Source: Syntrophales bacterium (GTDB lineage: Bacteria; Desulfobacterota; Syntrophia; Syntrophales; UBA6807). Taken from it: a stretch of 64,000 nucleotides of DNA. Positions within the stretch are counted from its first letter, which is position 1. Each line of letters starts with the position of its first letter. Below the pieces are notes generated by a model. That model saw nothing but the letters and a program-made list of their open reading frames with translations. It had not been told where the DNA came from and did no database searches. The stretch spans positions 448,001 to 512,000 of the forward strand of contig JAXGPA010000001.1 in assembly GCA_040767195.1 (NCBI GenBank), given 5' to 3'. The position numbers and the translations under genes were made by a program. Below, piece after piece: positions 1 through 9,875 of the stretch.

Positions 1-1253
1 CCCATGTCCGTCAGTCGGGTGACGGCGCTGGCGGCGTCGTTCGTGTGGAGGGTCGAAAAGACCAGGTGACCCGTCAGGGATGACTGGATGGCGATCTCCG
101 CCGTCTCCCGGTCCCGGATCTCCCCCACGAGGATCACGTCGGGATCCTGGCGGACGATGGACCGCAGCCCCCGGGCGAAGGTCAGGTCGATCTTGGGATT
201 CACCTGGATCTGCCCGATCCCCTCGATCTGGTATTCCACGGGGTCCTCTATGGTGATGATGTTGATGTCGGGCCGGTTGATGGTGGACAGGGCGGCATAG
301 AGGGTCGTGGTCTTCCCGCTTCCCGTGGGACCGGTCACCAGGAGAATCCCGTAAGGGGACCGGATGAGCCGGTCGAGAAGGGCGAGCCGCTCCGGGTCGA
401 GCCCGAGATCGCCCAGTCGGAACATGGCGGCGGACTTGTCGAGTAGCCGCAGTACCAGGCGCTCGCCGAAAGAGGTGGGAACCACGGAGACCCGGATGTC
501 CACCCCGTGATCGCCGATGCGGATTTCAATCCGGCCGTCCTGGGGAAGCCGCTTCTCGGCAATGTTGAGCCGGGCCATGATCTTCACCCGGGACACGAGA
601 GGCGAGTGGACCCGCCGGGGCAGGGTGAACATGTTGTAAAGAATACCGTCCACGCGGTACCGGACCACCACGGAACCCTGGTAGGACTCGATGTGGACAT
701 CGCTGGCCCGCTCCTTCACCGCCCGGGACAGGATCAGGTTCACGAGGCGAATGACCGGGGCATCGCTTCTTTCGTCGAGAAGGTCGGCCCGCTCCTCGAT
801 TTCCGAGAGGATCCGGTCCGGCGAGTCCCCGTTCATGTCCTGGATGAATTCCTCCGCCGAATCCTGGGTCATGTCATAAATCCGGTTGATGGCCCCGAGA
901 ACGGCCCCCTGGGGGGCGGCGACAACGTCGACGGGGTCGGGCCACCCCAGGATTCTCTTGAGATCGTCCAGGGCTTCAAAACAGGTGGGGTCGGACACCG
1001 CGATAAAGCGCCCTTCCGCCGTGACGAGAGGCACAATGCGGTTCTTCCGGAGATAGGAAATGGGAACCTCCCGGGCGAAACCCTCCCCTTTCAGGTTCGT
1101 CGGAAGGTCCTTCCGGAAGGGGATGCCCATGGCTTCGGCGATCCGGGCCAGGGCGGCCTCCTCGGAGACCCCTTTCCGCTTCACCAGGGCATCGACCAGG
1201 CCTTCTCCCTTCTCCAACGCGGGGGCGTCGCCGCCTTCGAAAAAATCGGGCAT
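1..1253 (-). CDS. gspE: Type II secretion system ATPase GspE (3' part runs off the left window edge)
   Basis: Not in the ORF track because it is open at the edge. Manual translation gives Walker A GPTGSGKTTT (~301-330), RQDPDVILVGEIRD and TGHLVFSTLHTNDA. ATG at 1253; an alternative in-frame ATG at 1292. Confidence 0.95.
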   Translation of the reverse strand, partial: MPDFFEGGDAPALEKGEGLVDALVKRKGVSEEAALARIAEAMGIPFRKDLPTNLKGEGFAREVPISYLRKNRIVPLVTAEGRFIAVSDPTCFEALDDLKRILGWPDPVDVVAAPQGAVLGAINRIYDMTQDSAEEFIQDMNGDSPDRILSEIEERADLLDERSDAPVIRLVNLILSRAVKERASDVHIESYQGSVVVRYRVDGILYNMFTLPRRVHSPLVSRVKIMARLNIAEKRLPQDGRIEIRIGDHGVDIRVSVVPTSFGERLVLRLLDKSAAMFRLGDLGLDPERLALLDRLIRSPYGILLVTGPTGSGKTTTLYAALSTINRPDINIITIEDPVEYQIEGIGQIQVNPKIDLTFARGLRSIVRQDPDVILVGEIRDRETAEIAIQSSLTGHLVFSTLHTNDAASAVTRLTDM

Positions 1254-1272
1254 GGGGCCGGGGGGGGGTCCG

Positions 1273-3354
1273 TCAGGGCTCTTCCGGTTCATCGTGGATC
1301 CTGATGCGGTTTTTTCGATAGGTCTCGATGACCTGCTCCTGCGTCTTCCGGATTTCTTCCTTCTTCTCGTCGTAGATGGTCCGGGCCTCCCCGGGGTTCT
1401 CCACGATGCGGGGGGTGATGAAGATGTAAAGGTTCCGCCGCTCCCGGGAACTGCTCTGGTACTTGAAGAGCCACCCGAGAAAGGGGATGTTCCCCAGGCA
1501 GGGGACGGCGTAATCGGTGTTCGTGATGTCGTCGCCGATGAGCCCGCCGATGACCACCGAGTGTCCGTCCTGAACGGTCACCGTCGTTTTCGCCGTCCGC
1601 TTCAGGGTCGTGGGACGGTCCGACTGCTGGGCCACCTCCTGGACGAGTTTCGTCACTTCCTGGAAAATCTTGAGACGGACGAACCGCTCCTGGCTGATCT
1701 GGGGCGTGATCCGAAGAGTCACCCCGACGTCCTTGTACTCGTAGGTGCTGTAATCGAGATTGGCCGACGATGTCTCGCTCCGGGTCTGGTACGGAACGTT
1801 CTGCCCGACGGAGATCTCCGCTTCCTCGTTGTCCAGGGTCAGGATCTGGGGCGTCGACAGGATATGGACGTCCTGATCCTTCTGATAGGCTTGGACGATG
1901 GCCCCGATGCTCGGGAAAAGGACGTTTCCGATCTTGAGGGACTCGCCCAGGATTCCCAGGGAGAATCCCTCGGGCAGGCCCTTCGTGGAGAGATCGGTCA
2001 GGTTGGGGTACCGGCCCTCGCCGCTGAAACCGCCGCCGTAGATTTTCGTTCGTCCCGACTCGGAGGAGATGTAGTCCCCGCCCATCCACTCGACGCCGAC
2101 CTTGAAGCCCCGGTCCACCGTCACTTCCATGATGAGGGCCTCGATGTAGACCATGGGCCGGGGGACGTCGAGCTGGCCGATGATTTCCTCAAGGACCCGG
2201 TAGTCGTCCCGGTCCGCCGTGATGACCAGGGTGTTCGTCGCCTTGTCGGGAACGACCTGGATGTCCCTGGAAAGCACCGGGGCCTTCCCCGCCTCCTGCG
2301 GTTTCGACTCCTTCGAGGGCAGGTTCATGAGAACCTTCGCCAGGGTCTCCGCCTCGGCGTTCTGAAGGTTGTACACCCGGACCCGGGCCTCGCTCCGGGG
2401 AACCTCCCGGTCGAGAAGGCGGATGAGCTCCCGGATCCGGAAGGTGTCGTTTTCGCTCGCCAGGGTGATCACCGCGTTGGTCCTCTCGTCGGCGACGATC
2501 TGGATGGACGCGCTGTCCATGCCCCGCCGGATCTTGACCTTCTGCTGGAAAATCAGGCTGAGGGACTTGACGAGCTCGGGGGCCGAACCGTACTGAAGGG
2601 GGATGACGGAAATCTGCTCCTGGATGCCCTCCACGTCGAGGGCGGAAATGATTCCCAGGATCCGCTCGATGTTGGAGAGAAGGTCGGTGATGACAAGCAT
2701 CCCCGTGGGGGGGTAAGCCAGGATGACGCTGGACTTGGAAACGAGGGGGGTCAGGATTTTCTTCAGCTCTTCCGGGTTGGCGTAGTTCAGCGTGATGACC
2801 TGGGTGATCACCCGGTCGGCGGGGCTGATGGCCTCCCGCTTCAACCGGGTTTCAACGCTCTTCACCGGGGCGTCCCGGATGGGGATGATCTTGATGATGT
2901 TTCCGGCGGCAACGGCGGCGAAGCCGTATACCTCGAGAACAGATTCAAAAACCCGGTACGCTTCGTCCACGTTCAGTTTCTTCGGCGACACGATGGTCAC
3001 GTTACCCCGGACGTCCCGGTCGACGACAAAATTCTTTCCCGTCAGTTCGCTCATGAACTTGACGAAAACACGGATGTCCACATTGTCGAAATCGATGGAG
3101 ATTTCCCGGTCTTTCACGGGCCGGGACTGCTTTTTCTCCTGGTCGACCACCGCCGCGCTCGGGGACGGTTGAGACGGCGCCCCGTCCGGGACCGGTTTTC
3201 GGGAACTTTCGACTGGAGCGGGAGGCCCCGTTTCGTCGGCCACGGAAACGACGCCTTCCTGGCCGGCGATGCGGGCCGGTGACGCCATGCCGCCGTAGGC
3301 CAGGATGCCAAGGAGGACCATAAGGGGGATCAGGGTTTTCAAAAGACGCTTCAT
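1273..3354 (-). CDS. gspD: Type II secretion system secretin GspD
   Basis: Signal peptide MKRLLKTLIPL...; N0 domain ISIDFDNVDIRVFVKFMSELTGKNF; secretin motifs LSTPQILTLDNEEAEISVGQNVP and VPCLGNIPFLGWLFK. The ORF track extends to 3402. Confidence 0.95.
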   Translation of the reverse strand: MKRLLKTLIPLMVLLGILAYGGMASPARIAGQEGVVSVADETGPPAPVESSRKPVPDGAPSQPSPSAAVVDQEKKQSRPVKDREISIDFDNVDIRVFVKFMSELTGKNFVVDRDVRGNVTIVSPKKLNVDEAYRVFESVLEVYGFAAVAAGNIIKIIPIRDAPVKSVETRLKREAISPADRVITQVITLNYANPEELKKILTPLVSKSSVILAYPPTGMLVITDLLSNIERILGIISALDVEGIQEQISVIPLQYGSAPELVKSLSLIFQQKVKIRRGMDSASIQIVADERTNAVITLASENDTFRIRELIRLLDREVPRSEARVRVYNLQNAEAETLAKVLMNLPSKESKPQEAGKAPVLSRDIQVVPDKATNTLVITADRDDYRVLEEIIGQLDVPRPMVYIEALIMEVTVDRGFKVGVEWMGGDYISSESGRTKIYGGGFSGEGRYPNLTDLSTKGLPEGFSLGILGESLKIGNVLFPSIGAIVQAYQKDQDVHILSTPQILTLDNEEAEISVGQNVPYQTRSETSSANLDYSTYEYKDVGVTLRITPQISQERFVRLKIFQEVTKLVQEVAQQSDRPTTLKRTAKTTVTVQDGHSVVIGGLIGDDITNTDYAVPCLGNIPFLGWLFKYQSSSRERRNLYIFITPRIVENPGEARTIYDEKKEEIRKTQEQVIETYRKNRIRIHDEPEEP

Positions 3355-3495
3355 CACACGACCGCCGTCCATACGCCAGGGTTCTTCAAGGACACGGGGC
3401 AACCCGAAAACGGGAGGATTCGTAAACGCGGACGGAGCCCCCGGGGCCGCAGCTTTTTTCGGCGCCCGGCGTTCTTCCGGCCCACGCCCTGTGTT

Positions 3496-4197
3496 TCAAC
3501 GGCCCAGGATTCTCTCAAAACCGTCATCACATCGCAGATTTTCAAGATCTTTATCATCTTTCGCCCAAGATTTCACATCTTTCTTGAGAGACGACGCTTT
3601 TTCGAGGTACTGCAGGCCCTCCCCAATCCGGCCCTGAAGCGAGCACAGGCAGGCCAGGTTGTAATAGGGATCGGCCTTTGTCCCGTCCGCTTCGGCGGCC
3701 CGGAGGAACAGCCCCTCCGCTTCCCCCGCCTCTCCCCGGGCCAGGAGGAGGACGCCCAGGTTGTTCAGGCCGTCACCGGAACGGGGATCGATCTCCAGGA
3801 GCTGCCGGTACAGGGCCTCGGCCTCCGCCGGGTCGCCCGACTGCTGGGCCCGGAGCGCCTTCTCGCGCAGAGCTTCTTTCATCGCGGAAGGAGCTGGCCC
3901 CGTCGCGACCGGGGCCGGCGGCGACGGCTTTGCCTTCGGGGTGACCGCTTCCTCCACCCGTTCCACCCGGCTGTTTTCCGTCGGTTCCAGCCCGGAAGAG
4001 GGGGGACTGCCGGGTTTCGACCCGTAGAGGACGGCTCCCGCCAGGACCAGAAGGACGACGAAGGCGACGGGAAAAAGGAATGAAAATCGCCGCCTGTCCG
4101 TACCCCGGGCCTGCCGCGGTCGCCCCGTGTCATCGGGGGAACGCCCTCCGTTTCTCATCTCCTGGGCCTTTTGCAGGGCTTCGTGGATGTAGCTCAC
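3496..4197 (-). CDS. GspB/ExeB-like membrane protein with C-terminal TPR repeats
   Basis: N-terminus MSYIHEALQKAQE is typical of GspB-like proteins. One TM helix, a Pro-rich linker, then TPR motifs (GLNNLGVLLL, YYNLACLCS). Directly follows the gspA-like gene. Confidence 0.7.
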   Translation of the reverse strand: MSYIHEALQKAQEMRNGGRSPDDTGRPRQARGTDRRRFSFLFPVAFVVLLVLAGAVLYGSKPGSPPSSGLEPTENSRVERVEEAVTPKAKPSPPAPVATGPAPSAMKEALREKALRAQQSGDPAEAEALYRQLLEIDPRSGDGLNNLGVLLLARGEAGEAEGLFLRAAEADGTKADPYYNLACLCSLQGRIGEGLQYLEKASSLKKDVKSWAKDDKDLENLRCDDGFERILGR

Positions 4198-4200
4198 GGT

Positions 4201-5145
4201 TCACCCCCTGACCAGGATCCACAGGAAAAGAAAAAAGACCAGGCCTGCTAGAAAAGCGGCGGCGAACCAGGGGGATGCCCCTGTCCCGGGGAAACGGGAG
4301 AGGCGTCCCCCTTTTTCGAAGGGGCCGCCCAGGTCTCGAACGGCCGCCCGGACGATTCCCCGGTGGATGGAAACGGTGTCCTTCGTGTAGGCCACGAGAA
4401 GGGCCCGGTCGCAGATACCGTTAATCCGCCTCGGGTTTCCCCGGGCGCGGCGATGAATGAGCCGCAGGGCGCCGGCAGTGAAGTCTACCTTGTTTTCATC
4501 CCCGGCCGCCATGGCCAGGCGATGGCGGATGTAGGCTTCCGACTGCTTTTCGTCAAGGGGCTCGAGATGGTACCGGACCATGATCCGTTCGTTCAACTGG
4601 CGGAGCGACGGGGCTTCCAGGATTTCACGCAGTTCGGGCTGGCCCATGAGGACGATCTGGAGCAGCTTTTCCCGTTCCGTTTCCAGGTTGGAAAGCATCC
4701 GGATCTGCTCGAGGACATGGGGAGAGCAATTCTGGGCCTCGTCGATGATGACAACCGCGTTTCCCCCATTGGAATAATTCTTGAGAAGAAAGGTGTTGAT
4801 CCCGTCGAGGCACCTTTTCCGGGTTTTTCTGCCCCGGCCCGGGGCAATGCCGAATTCCTGCTGAACCGCCGCCAGCAGCTCCAGTTCGCTTACCGCGGCA
4901 TTGAAAATCAGGGCCGTGGCCACGGAAGGGTCGAGTTCCGCCAGGAGGGCCCGGCACAAGGTGGTCTTTCCCATTCCGATTCCGCCGGTGATGACGACGA
5001 AACCCTTTCTCTCCCCGATGCCGTAAAGAAGATGGCTGAGCGCGTCCCGGTGCTGCCGGCTGAGATAGAGGTATGCCGGATCAGGCGTCAGGTGAAAGGG
5101 GTTTTCACGAAAGCCGAAATGGGAGGCGTAAAAATCCATGTTCAT
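4201..5145 (-). CDS. gspA: ExeA/GspA-family AAA ATPase
   Basis: FGFRENPFHLTPDP, Walker A GGIGMGKT, Walker B VVIIDEAQ, LMGQPEL, GNPRRINGICDRALL and a C-terminal TM helix. Confidence 0.9.
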   Translation of the reverse strand: MNMDFYASHFGFRENPFHLTPDPAYLYLSRQHRDALSHLLYGIGERKGFVVITGGIGMGKTTLCRALLAELDPSVATALIFNAAVSELELLAAVQQEFGIAPGRGRKTRKRCLDGINTFLLKNYSNGGNAVVIIDEAQNCSPHVLEQIRMLSNLETEREKLLQIVLMGQPELREILEAPSLRQLNERIMVRYHLEPLDEKQSEAYIRHRLAMAAGDENKVDFTAGALRLIHRRARGNPRRINGICDRALLVAYTKDTVSIHRGIVRAAVRDLGGPFEKGGRLSRFPGTGASPWFAAAFLAGLVFFLFLWILVRG

Positions 5146-5162
5146 GAAACGGGACCGATCTT

Positions 5163-6002
5163 CTACTCCCTGAAAACGTACCTCAGGGTTTCTTCGTTTC
5201 CTCCCCTTTTCAGGTTCAGGACGATCTGGGAACCGTCTTTCAGGCCCCGGTAGAGTTCCATAAGACGATCAGGGCTCTCCATGGCCTGGTTGTTGACGCC
5301 CTGGATGATGTCGCCGTTTTTCAGGCCGAGTTTTTCAAAAACGCTTCCCGGCTTGATACGGGTGATGAGAAAGCCGTCCGCTTTCCCGGCGCTGAAATAG
5401 GGCCGGATCCGCGCCTCCATGAGAATCTTCGACATGTCGCCGAGGGCGCCCTCGATTTCGGATTTCTTCACGGAGACGACGCTGGCCTGAGAAGCGGCGG
5501 GACCTTCCCCGGACCCGCTCTTCCTGTCAAGGCCCTCGTCTTCCATGGAGAGGATCTCGTCCTCGCCGGCGACCCGCAGGACGACGAGGCCTCTCAGGAT
5601 ACGAAGGATTTCCGCCGAGGCCACCGTGTCCCCGACACGGTAGAGGTCCTGGATTTTCCGGTCTTTCTCTTCAATGACGGCAAACCCGCCCGACCCCGGC
5701 CCTGTGACGGTCCCGAGCAGGGCAAGATTCAACCGGGTGGGCTTGAGATCCGTCACGTCAAAGTCCCTCTGATCCTCCCCCTTCTTTTCCAGCGTGGCAA
5801 AGAGATTCCGTTCCCAGATGATCCGGAAGCTCTCCAGGGCGGGCCTCGCCGGCTCCGTTTCTCCTCTCCCGATGGTGACCCGCGGGGGGGGCTGGGGCAC
5901 GTCGGGACCCGCGAGAAGACCCTTGTAGAAGATGTCTACGGCAAAAAAGGAGAGAACGGTGATGAAAAGCAATGTGAGAGGAATTCGGTATCGCAGGCCC
6001 AT
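5163..6002 (-). CDS. gspC: Type II secretion system protein GspC (TM, HR domain, PDZ)
   Basis: Start MGLRYRIPL at 6002, 2 nt after the gspN stop. LALLGTVTG...FAVIE HR domain and PDZ-like KLGLKNGDIIQGVN. Confidence 0.88.
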   Translation of the reverse strand: MGLRYRIPLTLLFITVLSFFAVDIFYKGLLAGPDVPQPPPRVTIGRGETEPARPALESFRIIWERNLFATLEKKGEDQRDFDVTDLKPTRLNLALLGTVTGPGSGGFAVIEEKDRKIQDLYRVGDTVASAEILRILRGLVVLRVAGEDEILSMEDEGLDRKSGSGEGPAASQASVVSVKKSEIEGALGDMSKILMEARIRPYFSAGKADGFLITRIKPGSVFEKLGLKNGDIIQGVNNQAMESPDRLMELYRGLKDGSQIVLNLKRGGNEETLRYVFRE

Positions 6003-6004
6003 GG

Positions 6005-6826
6005 TTACCTCAGCTTTACCGTAGGCACCGATGCCGTACCGCCGATGACGGTGGCCACATCCCTGTCCAGGGGCGGCATGCGGATGGTTCCCGTGAGGGC
6101 CAGGCGGCTTCTTTCCAGGTCCCGGGTCAGATAGATGTTCCCCTTGAAGGAACCGGTGATCTGGCTTCCCGAAAAAACCACTTTCTCTACCGACACCGTC
6201 CGGTCCCGGAGAGAGCACAGGCCCTCCAGCCTGTCAAAGGAGAGAACGGAAAGCCCCAGAACATCTCCGTAAAGACCGATAGACCCGTTTTTCAGGTCGA
6301 ACGCGGCGGTTCCCTCCCCTTCCATCTCTCTCCCGGGCACCCCCTGGAAGCTGAATTTCCCGTTCATGAGACCGCTCAGGGAGCGGCCTCCCAGAAGATC
6401 CGCCCTGTTGAGGGCGTCCAGGTCCAGATCCCGAACGGTCAGCTCGGCGGAAACAGGCCCCTGAAGGGTCAGGCGGCTGGATGGCCTCACCCAGCTTGAA
6501 AAAAGTCCTCCAAAAGTCTCGGCGTAAAGACGGACGGCGGCATACCCCTGAAACAGGGAAAGGAAATCCGGCTCGAGGCGAAGGGTGTCGAAGGGGATTT
6601 CCTTCCCTCTTCCCTTCCCGAAGCGGACAGCCGCTTCCTCGAACGTGAGGGCGACGGGAAGGGCCGGGGAGATGGATGCGAGACGGAGTTCCACGCCGGG
6701 GACGTGCCGGTTCCAGAGGTCCCGGACGGACAAGGCCGCTTCATCACCCGGGAAAAGGACAAAAGCGAAAAAAAGGGTCACCCCGAACCCGTAAAGCCCG
6801 TACAGGAAGAAAAGATGTTTTTTCAA
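6005..6826 (-). CDS. gspN: Type II secretion system protein GspN
   Basis: N-terminal TM ending in LFP, beta-rich periplasmic region, located between gspM and gspC. TTG start. Confidence 0.75.
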   Translation of the reverse strand: MKKHLFFLYGLYGFGVTLFFAFVLFPGDEAALSVRDLWNRHVPGVELRLASISPALPVALTFEEAAVRFGKGRGKEIPFDTLRLEPDFLSLFQGYAAVRLYAETFGGLFSSWVRPSSRLTLQGPVSAELTVRDLDLDALNRADLLGGRSLSGLMNGKFSFQGVPGREMEGEGTAAFDLKNGSIGLYGDVLGLSVLSFDRLEGLCSLRDRTVSVEKVVFSGSQITGSFKGNIYLTRDLERSRLALTGTIRMPPLDRDVATVIGGTASVPTVKLR

Positions 6827-6838
6827 GCTTCCCCCTTC

Positions 6839-7414
6839 TCAGGCCGCCGCCGGGAGCTGGTATGTCACGACCTGGAGCAGGACCGTAAGTTCTCCCGATG
6901 CCCCTTTCTCTTCCCGGATGGAAATCCGCCGGATTCGGACCAGCCGGTCCGGATCTTCCACAAAATAGAGAAATTCAACGAGTCTTTTCAGGGATACCCT
7001 TTCGATTTTCATCTCCACGGCTGACTCCTCGTAACCTGAGCCGTCCCGCGCCGCCGCCGTTGACGGTTTCATGTACTGGATCCTGTCCTTGATTCCCGCC
7101 CGGGCGGCCCCGCTTTCGAGAAAGGAAAAAAGCGTGAATTCCCGGGGGCGCGATGCCAGGATCTTCCGGACATCCGCCGTCCGGGACTGGAGGGTCTCGT
7201 ATTTATCCTGGAGTGTCCTCATTTCCTTTACCATGTTCTCGTAGCGTTCGATGGACCGGTTCATGCCTTCGCTCGCTTCCAGAAGTGGAAAAAGAACCCC
7301 CTGGAGAAACAGGAAGCCAGCCAGGAGCGCCCCCCCGGCGCAAATCATGAGGACCTCTCTCCTGGAAAGACGCCGGTAAAACTGAATGATCCGTGACAGG
7401 ATGTCGTTTTTCAT
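6839..7414 (-). CDS. gspM: Type II secretion system protein GspM
   Basis: LSRRE-TM-coiled-coil pattern with a ferredoxin-like C-terminus; follows gspL. Confidence 0.8.
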   Translation of the reverse strand: MKNDILSRIIQFYRRLSRREVLMICAGGALLAGFLFLQGVLFPLLEASEGMNRSIERYENMVKEMRTLQDKYETLQSRTADVRKILASRPREFTLFSFLESGAARAGIKDRIQYMKPSTAAARDGSGYEESAVEMKIERVSLKRLVEFLYFVEDPDRLVRIRRISIREEKGASGELTVLLQVVTYQLPAAA

Positions 7415-7417
7415 GGG

Positions 7418-8905
7418 TCACCGCCTCAGATCCACCCTCAGGTCGAAACCCACCCGGTTGTCTCGGTTCAGGCTCGCCGAGGCGATTGTCACCGTCCTGA
7501 AAAGTGGCGAGGGGTCCAGGGCGGCCTTGATCTGGTCGACGGCATTGAAGCGGTCCGTTTCACCTCGGATCTCCAGGGTTTCCCCGTCCCAGGACAGCGC
7601 CTTGATAATGAAAAAGGCGTCAGGGTCGACGAGGCGGCTGATCTCCCGGAGCAGAACGAGGATCGATTCCTCCCCCTCCCCTTTCCCCGGGAGGAGAGAC
7701 CGTTTCCCCGCCTCGTCGAGGGCCACTTTCATCTGCTGCAGGGGGTCGACGACGCGGCTCACCTGGGGGAGGGTCTCCCGAAAAATAAGGGAGACCTCGT
7801 TCTTCAGGGCCTGAAGGTGCCTGTTGTCCCGGGAATAGTCGAGATAAAAATCGACACCCCCGAGAAGGAGAAGGGAAAGAATCAGCAGGAGGGCCCGCAC
7901 CCCCTGTTTTCTCAGTTCTCGATGGGGTTTTCGGGGCGAAAATTCGTCCCGGGCGAAATTGACGCCCGCCGCCTTTCTGAAGTTCCGGGACGCCAGGGCC
8001 AGGGCCAGGTTCATCTCCGGCGGATCCCAGAAGGTTTTCACGGAATCGACCATGGGCATGGATTCCAGGAGGGCCAGATCCACGGGAGAGACCGGCATCT
8101 CGAGAACCCGGGCCAGCCTGTCCATCAGGCCCGGCGTTTTGGCCCCCGGACCACCGAACAGAACCCGGCCGGGCAGGGTGGGAATCTCCTCCCGCCACCG
8201 GAGGGACAGGCAGGTGTTACGGATCTGCCGGAACAGGGCCTCTTCCCTCTCGCTTCGATCTTCCCGTTCCACTCCGGGCAATTCTCCCGGCGGATCCCCC
8301 GAGCGGACCGCGTTCGCCGCGAGAAAAAAGGATCTCACGGAAATGATCCGCCCGTCCCGGCAGAGGAACGCCGTCCAGTCTGAATCGTGGGCATGGAGGT
8401 AGAGGATTGTTTCCCCCGTCTTTTCGAGGTCCGCGAGCCTGACCGCCAGGGGCAGGATCCCCCCGTCGATGATCGCCGCTTCCTTGCCGGCGGCCTTGAG
8501 GAGGGCGACCCGGGCCTCCACCCTTTCCCGCGGGACGGACACGCCAAGGAGATCCGTCGCGTCGGTCTCGCCGATGACCATGAAATCGTGGAGGCGCTCT
8601 CCCTCCCCGGGAGGAAGGAGATGCTCCATTTCCATGGGGAGCACACGGGCGATCTTCTTTCGGTCCCGGAAAGGAAGCCGCAACCGGTGAAAGGAGCAGT
8701 CCCGGGCGGAAACGGCGGTGATGAGGGTTCCTTCCCGCCACGCCCCTTCTTCCAGGAGTTTCGAAAGAGCGCCTTCGACATCGACGCCGTTGGAAACAGG
8801 CACGACTTGGCACCCCACGATCTCCGTACCCCGGAGTCCCGCTAAGACCCGGACGGCCCGGACGGCGTCTTCCCCTATGTCGAGCCCCACCCTTGATTCC
8901 GCCAT
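7418..8905 (-). CDS. gspL: Type II secretion system protein GspL (PilM-like cytoplasmic plus PilN-like periplasmic domain)
   Basis: VGLDIG actin-like start, TM helix near residue 340, IFRETLPQVSRVVDPLQQMK motif. Confidence 0.85.
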   Translation of the reverse strand: MAESRVGLDIGEDAVRAVRVLAGLRGTEIVGCQVVPVSNGVDVEGALSKLLEEGAWREGTLITAVSARDCSFHRLRLPFRDRKKIARVLPMEMEHLLPPGEGERLHDFMVIGETDATDLLGVSVPRERVEARVALLKAAGKEAAIIDGGILPLAVRLADLEKTGETILYLHAHDSDWTAFLCRDGRIISVRSFFLAANAVRSGDPPGELPGVEREDRSEREEALFRQIRNTCLSLRWREEIPTLPGRVLFGGPGAKTPGLMDRLARVLEMPVSPVDLALLESMPMVDSVKTFWDPPEMNLALALASRNFRKAAGVNFARDEFSPRKPHRELRKQGVRALLLILSLLLLGGVDFYLDYSRDNRHLQALKNEVSLIFRETLPQVSRVVDPLQQMKVALDEAGKRSLLPGKGEGEESILVLLREISRLVDPDAFFIIKALSWDGETLEIRGETDRFNAVDQIKAALDPSPLFRTVTIASASLNRDNRVGFDLRVDLRR

Positions 8906-9873
8906 CAGGTTTCTCTCCAGTCGAGGGTCACCAGCCCCCCCCCCTCGCCCCGTCGAAGAACGGCGGCAACCTGTCTCGGGATGTGCCTGAAACGGCCTGA
9001 AGCGGTGACACGGAAAACGGACCCGGCCGTTTTCAGGACGGGGGGCAGGACGATACCGCTCATCCCAGGAACCTTCTCAACCCACCGCCCGTCGGCCAGG
9101 TCGTTGTCGGCGTTACGCCTGTATTCGTCGAGAGCCCTGGCCCGTTCTTCATCCATGTCTTCGGACAGGGCCATGAGAACGGCTAACGGGGCCGTGTTGA
9201 TATTGATTTTTCCGTCTCCGTAAACGGTCAGGCAGTCCCGCAAACCCGGCCTTCCTTCTGTCCCTTCGAAGAGTTCCTCCGTGACGCCCCGAACGAGCCG
9301 CAGTTCCTCCACCCGGTCCAGGGGGCCGTTCTTGCACTGGTGAGGCGTCTCCAGGGACCGGTAATAGGAATTTTCCGCCCCGAATCCCGTAACATCGTCA
9401 TCGGAGTCAATCCAGTCTTTCAGGGCATCCACGAGATCCCGGACGTCATTCTCCGCCAGCCGGAATTCCGGCAGAAGCAGGAGCCGCGACAGGATATCCC
9501 TGATTTCAGCCTGGTATTCATTTCCGGCCACAAGGTTGTTTACGGGGATCTTACCGGATTCATCCTCAATTTTCAAAAGAAAGGACCCTTCGGAAAAAAG
9601 AAGCGTCGACTGGGCGGAAAGGACCTCCGCCCGCGCCCAGGTTTCCAGGAATGAATCGACGGAGGCGTCGTCCTCCCCCAGAAGGGCTCTCCCGAGATGG
9701 ACACCCGATTTGGCGATGTAAAGAGCCCGGAAACCGTCAGCCAGGTTCGCCGCTTCATGGAGCTGGGCCCGGGAGGCCCGATTCAGGTCCAGCGTCATGG
9801 GGATGACAAGCCCGAGCACGAGAAGAACCAGAAGGACCGCAACACCTCTTGAGTTTCCCGTCTTGATTCTCAC
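8905..9873 (-). CDS. gspK: Minor pseudopilin GspK
   Basis: RGVAVLLVL leader, IEDESGKIPVN, LVDALKDWIDSD, GAENSYY, ELRLVRGV and KININTA motifs. Confidence 0.92.
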   Translation of the reverse strand: MRIKTGNSRGVAVLLVLLVLGLVIPMTLDLNRASRAQLHEAANLADGFRALYIAKSGVHLGRALLGEDDASVDSFLETWARAEVLSAQSTLLFSEGSFLLKIEDESGKIPVNNLVAGNEYQAEIRDILSRLLLLPEFRLAENDVRDLVDALKDWIDSDDDVTGFGAENSYYRSLETPHQCKNGPLDRVEELRLVRGVTEELFEGTEGRPGLRDCLTVYGDGKININTAPLAVLMALSEDMDEERARALDEYRRNADNDLADGRWVEKVPGMSGIVLPPVLKTAGSVFRVTASGRFRHIPRQVAAVLRRGEGGGLVTLDWRET

Positions 9874-9875
9874 GT

